In this document: one piece after another, positions 8,710 through 18,007 of the stretch
Layout of the letters: each line of letters begins with the position of its first letter
Numbering within the stretch: the first letter of the stretch is position 1
Virus record (IMG/VR): IMGVR_UViG_3300020368_000005
Location: 1 to 31,729 of that record
DNA length: 31,729 nucleotides
DNA from: a virus
Lineage: Duplodnaviria; Caudoviricetes
Strand: one strand, 5' to 3'
Made by a program: the position numbers and the translations under genes
Notes under the pieces: model-generated
What the model saw: the letters and a program-made list of their open reading frames with translations, nothing else
What the model was told of the DNA's origin: nothing
Databases searched by the model: none

Positions 8710-8744
8710 AATCATCAACACCTAACCTCATCAGAATTCTCCGA

Positions 8745-8999
8745 ATGCACTCACAAGCAGGCGAAGATAAACTATCATGGGACGATCTTAATCAAGAAAT
8801 GGCTAACTTAGGCTCAGAGCAGTTTGATATTGAAACATTCAAAAATGTTTACGATACTGTACCTGCAATCAAAAACTTTGTTGATAAATTTGACCCAGAA
8901 GGAATAACGTTCAAAGGTGGTGCTGATGCTGAGGTGCCACCCGAGGACACAGGCAACATAGACCAAATGGCTCAAAGAGCCACTCAAGCCAATCTATAA
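8745..8999 (+). CDS. hypothetical protein, probably the -1 frameshift extension of 7936..8709
   Basis: no SD at ATG 8745; its frame is open back through the A9 run at 8694-8702. Confidence 0.7.
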   Translation: MHSQAGEDKLSWDDLNQEMANLGSEQFDIETFKNVYDTVPAIKNFVDKFDPEGITFKGGADAEVPPEDTGNIDQMAQRATQANL

Positions 9000-9000
9000 C

Positions 9001-9029
9001 TTGACTTTCTACAGTTTTTAGTATATACT
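9001..9029 (+). promoter_or_regulatory. sigma70-type promoter
   Basis: TTGACT-17 bp-TATACT. Confidence 0.8.
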
Positions 9030-9035
9030 AGTAGA

Positions 9036-9617
9036 ATGGGAAAACTAAACTACACTAACGAAGACGACAACATTCAAAGCGTCAATAATCAATGGATTAT
9101 TACATCACACTATCCTGACTATAAAAAGTTCGAAAAATTATTTGAACATGATGGACAGGACATAAGCGATTACACCACAACCGCAAATGGTGAACAAATA
9201 GATTTGGAAAGTGAAAAGACTTCTTGCAGATGGGGAGATCTTAAACCGGACTATTTGGATTGGATATTAAGCAAAGTGAAATCATTTACATTACCAGTAA
9301 AAACACTTAAGGTAATACGTGCATGGACTATAACATATAATAAAAATGGTTTTCAAGGAGTACACGTACACACTGGCGACATGAATTATAAAACTTTCAG
9401 TGTGGTATTGCATATGGACGATGTTGTTACTTCAAAGGATAATAAGTATGACGGTGTTTTGTTTACCCTAATGCCAGAGCCTAATGGGTATCAACACCCG
9501 GGACACTATCTAAGCAAAGCAGGCGGCGTGGTTATGCTAGATGGTAGAGTATGGCACGGAGTTTATCCTACATCAACACAGAGACGCTCGTTTATAGTTG
9601 ATTTTGAATACGAATAG
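9036..9617 (+). CDS. putative 2OG-Fe(II) oxygenase (TIGR02466-like)
   Basis: AWTITY..HVH..FSVVLH..WHGVYP..RRSF double-stranded beta-helix pattern. Confidence 0.7.
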   Translation: MGKLNYTNEDDNIQSVNNQWIITSHYPDYKKFEKLFEHDGQDISDYTTTANGEQIDLESEKTSCRWGDLKPDYLDWILSKVKSFTLPVKTLKVIRAWTITYNKNGFQGVHVHTGDMNYKTFSVVLHMDDVVTSKDNKYDGVLFTLMPEPNGYQHPGHYLSKAGGVVMLDGRVWHGVYPTSTQRRSFIVDFEYE

Positions 9618-9626
9618 GAGATCACA

Positions 9627-10307
9627 TTGTCTTTAATCACAAATAAGTTTGATTACAAAGAATTAAAACGCCAACACATAGATGGTAAGAGATTGTATGC
9701 CTGTCCTGATGGAAATGCAGTAGCAAGTGTAACAACTATACTAGATGCTACAAAGGACAAGACACATTTAATCGAATGGCGTAAACGTGTAGGAACAGAG
9801 AAAGCAAAACAGATCACAACAGAAGCCGCAGGTATTGGAACACGTATGCACAAATACCTTGAAGATTATATCGATAAAGGACAATGGCCTATTCCGGGAT
9901 CTAATCCTTATGCTAAACAGGCCCATCAAATGGCTGAAACAGTACGTGAAAAAGCGATAGTTGATATAGATGAAATGTGGGGAAGTGAAGTACATTTGTT
10001 TCATCCTAAGATTTATGCAGGTACAACTGACCTTGTAGGAGTTTACAAGGGTAAACCTGCAATCATGGACTTCAAGCAAACAAATAAGCCTAAGAAGAAA
10101 GAGTGGGTTGAAGATTACTACCTACAATTGACGGCTTATGCCCTAGCACACAATGAATTATATGACACAAATATACGTTCTGGACATATTTTTATGTGTA
10201 GTAGAGACTTTCAATACCAGCAATTCGACCTATTAGAAGAAGATTTTGCACAATGGGAATCTAAATGGTGGGATAGGGTATATCTGTATTACGACAAGTT
10301 CGCATAA
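9627..10307 (+). CDS. PD-(D/E)XK exonuclease (phage exonuclease/Cas4-like fold)
   Basis: SVTTIL, GTRMH, AGTTD..IMDFK, YLQLTAY motifs; TTG start with AGGAG SD. Confidence 0.85.
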   Translation: MSLITNKFDYKELKRQHIDGKRLYACPDGNAVASVTTILDATKDKTHLIEWRKRVGTEKAKQITTEAAGIGTRMHKYLEDYIDKGQWPIPGSNPYAKQAHQMAETVREKAIVDIDEMWGSEVHLFHPKIYAGTTDLVGVYKGKPAIMDFKQTNKPKKKEWVEDYYLQLTAYALAHNELYDTNIRSGHIFMCSRDFQYQQFDLLEEDFAQWESKWWDRVYLYYDKFA

Positions 10308-10330
10308 ATATATGTATCAGGAGTTATTAA

Positions 10331-11947
10331 ATGGCAGTAGTACAGATATCACGTATTCAAATTAGAAGAGGACAAAAGAACGTTGGCTCTGGAATTCCTC
10401 AACTTGCTGGCGGTGAATTAGGTTGGGCAGTTGATTCCCAAGAACTTTACATTGGTAATGGTGCAGTATCAGAAGGCTCACCAGCAGTAGGCAATTCTAA
10501 AATCATAACAGAACACGATAACTTATTTGAATTAGCAAGTACATACACATATAAAACAGGAAGTTCAATACAAACAGGTGCAAGTGCAACTAGTCCTATT
10601 ACAAGAACACTTCAAAAGAGATTAGATGAAACTGTCACAGTTCAATCATTTGGTGCATTAGGAGATGGAACAGATCAAACTGCACAATTACAAAGAGCAG
10701 TAGACCAACTATATCTTAACACTTCTACTAAAGGTACAGTACCAAGCAGAGTTGTTTTAGAATTACAGCCAGGTACATATACAATTACAAACACAATACA
10801 TATTCCACCTCATGCAACGTTAATAGGTGCAGGCAGTGATAAAACAATAATTCATCAGACAGGAGAATTTCCTATATTTAAAACTGTTAACAGTTTAAGT
10901 ACTCCAGGTTCTCCGGCGGCTGACTCAGGTAGTTCATTAACTAACCAAGCAAGAAAAATTACAATCAAAGGTGTAACATTAAAAATTAATACACTTGAGA
11001 AAACAGGACTTGATCTTGTAACTTGTAGAGAAAGTTTATTTGAAGATATTATAATTGAGGGTCCGTGGATTTCAACTAGTGCCACAACACCAAACGCAAT
11101 AGGAATTAAGATGTCTTCATTGTCAAGCATAGTTGGAACAATGCAAAATACATTTAGAAATGTAAAAGTTACAGGATTTAGTTATGCAGTTAAAAGTGAT
11201 GACGACTGTAATGATAACCTTTTTGACAAGTGTACATTCGAAACAAATGATTATGGTATAGTATATGGAAAAGATACAATCATAGGTTCACAAGCACAGG
11301 CTACTGGACCATCAAGAAACAATGTAAGCAACAGTCTATTTAGATACATTAACCAACACGGTTTATGGTACCAAAACGGCCAGTTCAATCATAGCACAGG
11401 CAACAAGTTTATTGACGTAGGTAATGAAGGTGGTGGAGATACTACTCCGTTCTTCACTATTATTAATACACGACAAGAAGGTAATTCAAGTAGCGAAGAT
11501 TTCTTTGAAAGAAAAAGAAGATTAATGTATGATGCAAATTATACAAGTGTTGCATACAAAAGTGAAACTGAAGGTGAAATAGATTTATTTGATAGTTCAA
11601 CACATAATCTAAACATAATACAAACAGGAAGTTACGTAACATTATTTAGATTACCAGGTGACGCTTCTAGATCATTCTCAATTGAATACACATACAAAAG
11701 TTCAGTTATTGATGCACAACGTATGGGTGTAATCAATCTTGTCATTGACAGCGTCAACAACGCAGTATCCCTTGATGACGAATTTACTTATAGTGGAAGT
11801 GCCAGCAACCAAACCAATTTACAGTTTAGAGCAAACTATCTTGACGTAAATGGTGACACAACGGTTGACACAGTGGCCATTCAGGTGTTAAACTCTACTA
11901 CAAGTGATCAAGGATATTTACATTTTAAAGTCAACTCTAAAACATAG
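10331..11947 (+). CDS. tail fibre/spike protein with pectate-lyase-like beta-helix
   Basis: N-terminal RIQIRRG..GELGWAVD..LYIGNG tail-attachment motif; FGALGDGTDQTAQLQRA beta-helix cap; ATAAATA at 10304-10310. Confidence 0.75.
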   Translation: MAVVQISRIQIRRGQKNVGSGIPQLAGGELGWAVDSQELYIGNGAVSEGSPAVGNSKIITEHDNLFELASTYTYKTGSSIQTGASATSPITRTLQKRLDETVTVQSFGALGDGTDQTAQLQRAVDQLYLNTSTKGTVPSRVVLELQPGTYTITNTIHIPPHATLIGAGSDKTIIHQTGEFPIFKTVNSLSTPGSPAADSGSSLTNQARKITIKGVTLKINTLEKTGLDLVTCRESLFEDIIIEGPWISTSATTPNAIGIKMSSLSSIVGTMQNTFRNVKVTGFSYAVKSDDDCNDNLFDKCTFETNDYGIVYGKDTIIGSQAQATGPSRNNVSNSLFRYINQHGLWYQNGQFNHSTGNKFIDVGNEGGGDTTPFFTIINTRQEGNSSSEDFFERKRRLMYDANYTSVAYKSETEGEIDLFDSSTHNLNIIQTGSYVTLFRLPGDASRSFSIEYTYKSSVIDAQRMGVINLVIDSVNNAVSLDDEFTYSGSASNQTNLQFRANYLDVNGDTTVDTVAIQVLNSTTSDQGYLHFKVNSKT

Positions 11948-11955
11948 TAAGGTAA

Positions 11956-12378
11956 ATGTTTGAAAACGGATATGAGTCTCGGCTACGAGAATGGCATGAC
12001 TTCAGATCAACACTTGAAAAATCCAAAGATCCGTTCACGGATTGTCTAGTGTTGTATAAAAAGGCCCCTCGGGTATTCAAAACCGATGTAGATCCCTGGA
12101 ATCAGAAAACTTGGTTAGACCCATGGCAATTAGTAGAAAAAAATTTATACACTGAGATGTGCATTACTTTAGGAATCTGTTACAGTCTCCAATTAACTGA
12201 ACGTTTTTCAGATAGCAGTTTTGAGATACATAATACAGTAGACACAAAAAGTAAAGACACATATCATCTGCTGGCTGTGGATAACAATTTAATAAACCCA
12301 ATTATTGAGGAAGTATATATAGGACTACCAAAGCATTTTGTATCACAACGTATTTTCAAGATGCCCCAGGTAAACTAA
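11956..12378 (+). CDS. hypothetical phage protein
   Basis: 140-aa ORF; DPW..WLDPWQL motif. Confidence 0.75.
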   Translation: MFENGYESRLREWHDFRSTLEKSKDPFTDCLVLYKKAPRVFKTDVDPWNQKTWLDPWQLVEKNLYTEMCITLGICYSLQLTERFSDSSFEIHNTVDTKSKDTYHLLAVDNNLINPIIEEVYIGLPKHFVSQRIFKMPQVN

Positions 12379-12424
12379 ATACTTTTTTGAGGTATTGTAA
12401 AAGTAAAAAGTAAGGAAGTAATAG

Positions 12425-14755
12425 ATGTCAAACGGTTCAGGAATTCACATAGTAAAGCGAGATGGTAAAAGACTCCCATTAGATATTAATAAAATTCATA
12501 AAGTAGTTCAATTTGCCTGCGAAGGTTTATCAGGGGTTAGTATTTCACAAGTTGAAATGAATTCAAACCTTCAGTTTTACGATGGAATGAGTACACGGGA
12601 GATACAAGATGTTCTTATTAGGTCAGCAAACGATCTTATTTCATTAGAAGCACCCAACTATCAATATGTTGCGGCAAGACTATTATTATATGGAGTGTAC
12701 AAAGATGTGTTTGGTGAATACAAACACAAATCTTTCTTTGACATGATCAAACTTAATATCGAACGTGGTGTTTACGATCCACAAATTTTAGACCTTTACA
12801 CTGAAGATGAATTAGAATCCCTTGACAAATACATAAAACTTAACAGAGATGAAAATTTTACCTATGCTGGACTAAGACAAATTGTAGACAAGTATCTTGT
12901 ACAGGATAGATCTTCAGGACAGATCTTTGAACCACCGCAATATATGTACATGATGATTGCGGCAACATTATTTGCAAACTATCCTAAAGAAGATAGATTA
13001 TATTACGTAAGGAGATACTATGATGCGACCTCACTTTTTAAAATCAATATCCCAACGCCAGTCATGGCCGGTGTACGTACACCTGTTAGACAATTTGCTT
13101 CGTGTGTCCTTGTTGATAGTGATGACACCCTTAATAGTATTTTTTCTAGCGATATGGCTATTGGACGTTATACGGCTCAAAGGGCAGGCATAGGAATTAA
13201 TGCAGGACGTATTAGAGCAATCAACTCTAAGATTAGAGGTGGAGAAGTAGCACATACAGGTCTTGTTCCATTTCTAAAGAAGTTTGAATCTACTGTAAGA
13301 TGTTGTACACAGAACGGAGTACGTGGAGGTAGTGCAACTACCCATTTCCCACTTTGGCATTATGAGATTCAAGATTTACTAGTTTTAAAAAATAATAAAG
13401 GCACAGAAGATAATAGAGTACGTAAATTAGATTATTCAATTCAATTGAACAAATTAATGTATGAAAGATTTTTAGGTGGCAAAGACATAACTTTATTCTC
13501 GCCACACCAAGTACCAGATTTATATGAAGCCTTTTTTAGTGATCAAGCAAAGTTTGAAAAACTTTACACAAAGTATGAAAAGGATCCAAGCATAAGGAAG
13601 AAAAGTATTCCTGCTATGGAATTGTTTGGTGATGTCCTACGTGAACGTGCTGAAACAGGACGTATCTATATTATGAATGTAGATCATGCAAACACACACA
13701 GTTCATTTAAAGATACAGTTTACATGAGCAACCTGTGTCAGGAAATTACTTTGCCAACAAAACCTTTACAACACATAGATGATCCTGAAGGTGAGATTGC
13801 TTTATGTATTTTAAGTGCAATTAACGTTGGAGTTCTTAAAGAACTTGATGATTTGGAAGAATTATGCGAACTTGCAGTAAGAGCCTTAGAAGAAATAATT
13901 GATTATCAAAAATATCCAGTTGAGGCGGCTGAAAAATCTACAAAAGCAAGACGTTCTTTGGGAATCGGTTACATTGGACTAGCACACTTTCTTGCAAGAC
14001 ATGGTGTAAAATATAATGATAAAAAAGCATTAACTAAGGTACATGAACTTACAGAAGCATTTCAGTATTATCTATTAAAAGCAAGTAATAAAATTGCAAA
14101 AGAACGAGGTGCCTGTGATTATTTTAACCGCACTAAATATAGTGATGGCATACTACCAATTGATACATATAAAAAAGACTTGGATGAAGTCTGTAATATT
14201 AAGTTAAAGTATGATTGGGATACTTTACGCAATGACATTAGACAGCACGGTCTACGGCACTCGACATTGTCCGCACAAATGCCTTCGGAGAGCAGTTCCA
14301 TTGTGTCGAACGCCACAAACGGAGTTGAGCCACCTAGAGGGTACTTGTCCATTAAGAAATCAAAAAAAGGGCCTCTTAAACAAATTGTTCCGCAGTTTCA
14401 AAGTTTAAAAAATTATTATACATTACTTTGGGAGATGCCTGGTAATGAAGGGTATATCCATGTAATGGCTGTGATCCAAAAGTTTTTTGATCAAGCAATA
14501 TCAGGTAATTGGAGTTACAATCCAACTCAGTACGAAGATAACGAAGTTCCAATGAGTACTATGTTTAAAGACTTACTTACAACATATAAACTAGGTTGGA
14601 AAACTTCTTACTATCAAAATACCTATGATTTTAAAGGTGAAGACGTAGAAGAATTGAGAGAAGAGATAAGTACTCCGCTGGAGCAAGAAGCACCACACCC
14701 TGAACCAACTTCTCAAAAGGAATTGGACGAAGAATGTGAAGCCTGTGCAATTTAA
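12425..14755 (+). CDS. nrdA: ribonucleotide reductase class Ia alpha subunit
   Basis: ATP cone (IVKRDG), PTPVMAG, FASCVL, SNLCQEI, C-terminal CEAC. Confidence 0.98.
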   Translation: MSNGSGIHIVKRDGKRLPLDINKIHKVVQFACEGLSGVSISQVEMNSNLQFYDGMSTREIQDVLIRSANDLISLEAPNYQYVAARLLLYGVYKDVFGEYKHKSFFDMIKLNIERGVYDPQILDLYTEDELESLDKYIKLNRDENFTYAGLRQIVDKYLVQDRSSGQIFEPPQYMYMMIAATLFANYPKEDRLYYVRRYYDATSLFKINIPTPVMAGVRTPVRQFASCVLVDSDDTLNSIFSSDMAIGRYTAQRAGIGINAGRIRAINSKIRGGEVAHTGLVPFLKKFESTVRCCTQNGVRGGSATTHFPLWHYEIQDLLVLKNNKGTEDNRVRKLDYSIQLNKLMYERFLGGKDITLFSPHQVPDLYEAFFSDQAKFEKLYTKYEKDPSIRKKSIPAMELFGDVLRERAETGRIYIMNVDHANTHSSFKDTVYMSNLCQEITLPTKPLQHIDDPEGEIALCILSAINVGVLKELDDLEELCELAVRALEEIIDYQKYPVEAAEKSTKARRSLGIGYIGLAHFLARHGVKYNDKKALTKVHELTEAFQYYLLKASNKIAKERGACDYFNRTKYSDGILPIDTYKKDLDEVCNIKLKYDWDTLRNDIRQHGLRHSTLSAQMPSESSSIVSNATNGVEPPRGYLSIKKSKKGPLKQIVPQFQSLKNYYTLLWEMPGNEGYIHVMAVIQKFFDQAISGNWSYNPTQYEDNEVPMSTMFKDLLTTYKLGWKTSYYQNTYDFKGEDVEELREEISTPLEQEAPHPEPTSQKELDEECEACAI

Positions 14756-14758
14756 CTA

Positions 14759-14787
14759 TTGACAAGCGACGCAAAGTAATTTATAAT
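14759..14787 (+). promoter_or_regulatory. consensus sigma70 promoter for nrdB
   Basis: perfect TTGACA-17 bp-TATAAT. Confidence 0.9.
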
Positions 14788-14822
14788 AGTATAGGAAAAT
14801 AGAGATATAGAAAGAGTAAGAA

Positions 14823-15926
14823 ATGGCGAAAACTGTCTTTAATAGAAACAAAGTAGACTTTACAAAGCAACCAATGTTCTTTGGTGAAGATCAGAATACA
14901 CAGAGATATGATACATTTAAGTTTCCTGAGTTTGATAAACTTAATCAAACTATGCTAGGTTACTTTTGGAGACCTGAAGAAGTAAGTCTTCAAAAAGATA
15001 GAGCGGACTATCAACAGTTCAGACCTGAACAAAAACATATCTTCACAAGCAACTTAAAATATCAAACACTATTAGATAGTGTACAAGGCAGAGGTCCAAG
15101 TCTTGCATTTTTACCTTGGGTATCATTACCTGAACTAGAAGGTTGTATTGTTACTTGGGATTTCTTTGAAACAATCCATTCACGTTCTTATACACACATT
15201 ATGAAAAACGTTTATCCTGATCCAAGTGAAGTATTGGATCACATCTTAGAAGATGACGAAATTATTAAACGTGCTATTTCAGTTACTAAAAATTATGATT
15301 CTTATACAGAAGCAGTAGAAAACTTTATGTATAAAGGCAAAGGAACAATTACAGATGTCAAAAAGAAATTATTCCTTGCAATGATGAATGTAAACATCTT
15401 AGAAGGATTAAGATTTTACGTGTCATTTGCTTGTACGTTTGCCTTTGCAGAAAGTAAGATGATGGAAGGATCAGCAAAAATTGTTTCTTTAATTGCTCGA
15501 GACGAGGCAACACACTTAAACTTATCAACACACGTTTTAAAAAATTGGTTACGTGGTAATGACGATCCTGAAATGCAAAAACTAGGACAGGAAAGTGAAG
15601 AAGAAGTTTATGATATGTGGAAGACCTGCGTTGAAGAAGAGAAGGCTTGGGCAAAGTATTTGTTCAAAGATGGATCCATCATTGGATTGAACGAAGAAAT
15701 CTTAGGCCAGTATGTAGAATTCATTGCTAATAGAAGATTGAAAGCCTTAGGATACAAACCTATCTTTGATCAACCGGTGAATACTAATCCTTTACCTTGG
15801 ACACAACATTGGTTGAGTTCAGCAGGATTACAAGTGGCTCCACAAGAAACAGAAGTAGAGTCATATATAATTGGGGGCGTAAAACAAGACGTAGAGAAAG
15901 ATACATTCAAAGGATTCAAATTATAA
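14823..15926 (+). CDS. nrdB: ribonucleotide reductase class Ia beta subunit
   Basis: FWRPEE, ETIHSRSY, EGLRFY, RDEATH, APQETE. Confidence 0.98.
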   Translation: MAKTVFNRNKVDFTKQPMFFGEDQNTQRYDTFKFPEFDKLNQTMLGYFWRPEEVSLQKDRADYQQFRPEQKHIFTSNLKYQTLLDSVQGRGPSLAFLPWVSLPELEGCIVTWDFFETIHSRSYTHIMKNVYPDPSEVLDHILEDDEIIKRAISVTKNYDSYTEAVENFMYKGKGTITDVKKKLFLAMMNVNILEGLRFYVSFACTFAFAESKMMEGSAKIVSLIARDEATHLNLSTHVLKNWLRGNDDPEMQKLGQESEEEVYDMWKTCVEEEKAWAKYLFKDGSIIGLNEEILGQYVEFIANRRLKALGYKPIFDQPVNTNPLPWTQHWLSSAGLQVAPQETEVESYIIGGVKQDVEKDTFKGFKL

Positions 15927-15928
15927 TT

Positions 15929-16192
15929 ATGACAAATATAGTATATTCAAAACCAATGTGTACCTATTGTGATAAGGCAAAACATTTGCTTAAGACATCA
16001 GGAATAGAATACAAAGAAATGTTGATAGGCAGAGACCTAAGTAGAGAAACTTTATTAGAAGAGTTTGAAGCAAATGGTATGCCACAGCCAAGATCCGTAC
16101 CGCAAATCATACTTAACGGTAAGTACGTTGGGGGATACAACGAACTTGTTAAGTACGTTGAAGACCACGGTATGGAAGGAATCAAACAATAA
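15929..16192 (+). CDS. glutaredoxin
   Basis: CTYC active site, SVPQI, YVGGY; ATG 15929 preferred over the track start. Confidence 0.92.
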   Translation: MTNIVYSKPMCTYCDKAKHLLKTSGIEYKEMLIGRDLSRETLLEEFEANGMPQPRSVPQIILNGKYVGGYNELVKYVEDHGMEGIKQ

Positions 16193-16195
16193 ATT

Positions 16196-16483
16196 ATGTT
16201 AATTGAAAGTCCGCACAAAAAAGGCGATACCGTATCATTTAAGTTACAATCCGGAGAAGAGATCGTAGCAAGAGTAGATGACATAACCGACACAGGTTAT
16301 CGCTTACATAAGCCTTTAACATTAATGAACACAGGTAAAGGAATTGGCCTAGGTCAATTCATGATGACAGCGGATCCGTTATCAGATATTCATATGCCTA
16401 AGTCCAGTGTAGTTTGTTCTTCAAAAACCCATACCACTATGGCAAAACAATATATTGAAGCAACCACTGGAATAAAAACATGA
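16196..16483 (+). CDS. small beta-barrel (Sm-like) phage protein
   Basis: GDTVSFKLQSGEEIVAR pattern; fold inferred. Confidence 0.65.
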   Translation: MLIESPHKKGDTVSFKLQSGEEIVARVDDITDTGYRLHKPLTLMNTGKGIGLGQFMMTADPLSDIHMPKSSVVCSSKTHTTMAKQYIEATTGIKT

Positions 16484-17097
16484 GTCAAAAAATTTTAGTA
16501 GATGTAGACGGAGTTCTACTTGATTGGGATACTGCCTTCCAAAAATGGATGGCGTTAGAGGGTTTCATCGTCAAGGAAGGCGGTGACACAGAGTATAAAA
16601 CACATCTTAGATTTGTTACAAATATCCAGAAAGATGCTATTCCAGAAGATAAAGCAGAATGGTTAGTAAAGATATTTAATCGATCTGCATGGATTGGTTT
16701 TTTAGAACCACATAAAGATAGTGTTGAAATAGTGAAAGCATTAAAAGAAAAAGGATATACCTTTAGTGCTATAACTTCTTTAACTTTAGACAAACCTAGC
16801 CAAGCATTAAGAAAAATGAATTTGGCAGATGTCTTTGGAGAAGACACTTTTCAGGATATCCATTTCTTAGAAACTGGTTCCGGCAAGGAAGAAGTTTTGA
16901 GTAAAATGGGTCAAGGGCATTGGTGGATTGAAGATAAGCCAGAAAATGCATTAGTTGGACTAAAGCATGGACTTAAACCAATCCTTATTGAACATAGTTA
17001 CAATAAGATGTTTTCGAACAGTCAAATCGAAAAGGTACCAACTTGGCGTAACATATATAAAATAGTAACAGGAGAAAAATATGTCATCAATTCATGA
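16480..17097 (+). CDS. HAD-family phosphatase (5'(3')-deoxyribonucleotidase-like)
   Basis: DVDGVL motif I, ITS motif II, WIEDK motif IV. Confidence 0.85.
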   Translation: MSQKILVDVDGVLLDWDTAFQKWMALEGFIVKEGGDTEYKTHLRFVTNIQKDAIPEDKAEWLVKIFNRSAWIGFLEPHKDSVEIVKALKEKGYTFSAITSLTLDKPSQALRKMNLADVFGEDTFQDIHFLETGSGKEEVLSKMGQGHWWIEDKPENALVGLKHGLKPILIEHSYNKMFSNSQIEKVPTWRNIYKIVTGEKYVINS

Positions 17098-17260
17098 GCA
17101 AATCACGGCGGCATACGAGAACTACTTGAAAGAGTCTGAATCTTTCGATACCAAAGGCGTGAAAGCCTCAGCGGCAAGAGCCAGAAAAGCATTAGGCGAA
17201 ATGGGTAAACTTGCAAAGTCTAGAAGAGCAGAGATTCAAGAAAAAAAGAACTCTATGTAA
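17081..17260 (+). CDS. histone H1-like Hc1 family protein (59 aa, absent from the ORF track)
   Basis: AGGAG SD; KGVKASAARARKALGEMGK motif; terminator follows. Confidence 0.8.
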   Translation: MSSIHEQITAAYENYLKESESFDTKGVKASAARARKALGEMGKLAKSRRAEIQEKKNSM

Positions 17261-17273
17261 TTTGATTAAGAAT

Positions 17274-17309
17274 GGCGTTGAAGAGTAATTCTTACAACGC
17301 CTTTCTTTT
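17274..17309 (+). terminator. rho-independent terminator
   Basis: GGCGTTGAAGA-loop-TCTTACAACGCC followed by TTTCTTTT. Confidence 0.8.
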
Positions 17310-17396
17310 ATTATGATATCCGTAACATTTACCAAAAAATTTATAAATATGATTAGTATTATTACTACTAAAAACAAACTAGGGCGTATATAACAT

Positions 17397-17600
17397 ATGG
17401 AAAAAGGAAAACTAAAGTGGTACAATCCAGTAAAAGGTTTTGGATTTATCACTCCAGAAAAAGGTGGCAAAGATATATTTGTACACGTTTCCCAATTTAA
17501 AAAAGCAGGTATAACGGATATACTAGAAGGTATTCAATTAGAATATAACTTAGAAGAATTCCGTGGCCGAACTATTGCCGCAAACATCAAACAAATTTAA
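17397..17600 (+). CDS. cold-shock protein
   Basis: KWYN..KGFGFI and DIFVH RNP motifs; TATAAATA at 17342-17349. Confidence 0.93.
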   Translation: MEKGKLKWYNPVKGFGFITPEKGGKDIFVHVSQFKKAGITDILEGIQLEYNLEEFRGRTIAANIKQI

Positions 17601-17606
17601 TACAAA

Positions 17607-17990
17607 TCATTTTACATTCTTTTTGTTGTAATCATCAATAGCGGCTTTAATGGCATCTTCTGCCAGTACTGAGCAATGTATTTTTACGGGTGGAAGAGCC
17701 AGTTCTGTTGCGATTTCTGTATTCTTAATTTCCCTTGCTTCGCCCAGTGTTTTGCCTTTAACCCACTCAGTAACAAGAGAACTACTAGCAATAGCACTGC
17801 CACAGCCGAACGTTTTGAACTTGGCGTCATCAATACATCCTTTCTTGTTTACTTTTATTTGTAGTTTCATAACATCGCCACAAGCAGGTGCTCCCACAAG
17901 TCCTGTGCCTACGTCACTATCTTCTTTATCCATAGAACCCACGTTCCTAGGATTTTCATAATGGTCGATAAGTTGTTTACTATACCCCAT
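17607..17990 (-). CDS. iscU: Fe-S cluster scaffold IscU
   Basis: DHYENPRNVG, PACGD, FGCGS, LPPVKIHC; start placed at 17990 by GGAG SD. Confidence 0.95.
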   Translation of the reverse strand: MGYSKQLIDHYENPRNVGSMDKEDSDVGTGLVGAPACGDVMKLQIKVNKKGCIDDAKFKTFGCGSAIASSSLVTEWVKGKTLGEAREIKNTEIATELALPPVKIHCSVLAEDAIKAAIDDYNKKNVK

Positions 17991-18007
17991 ATCTATCTCC
18001 GTAATGG

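Noticed and set aside
9627-10307. Cas4-like nuclease as part of a CRISPR system
   Set aside because: No repeat-spacer array or other cas genes were seen, and the four-Cys Fe-S pattern is absent; it fits a common phage exonuclease.
12425-15926. Intron, intein or homing endonuclease in nrdA/nrdB
   Set aside because: Both ORFs are continuous and of ordinary length.
15797-16192. Possible NrdB-glutaredoxin fusion via the open -1 frame
   Set aside because: No slippery sequence was found, NrdB has its normal C-terminus, and ATG 15929 just after the stop explains glutaredoxin by coupling.
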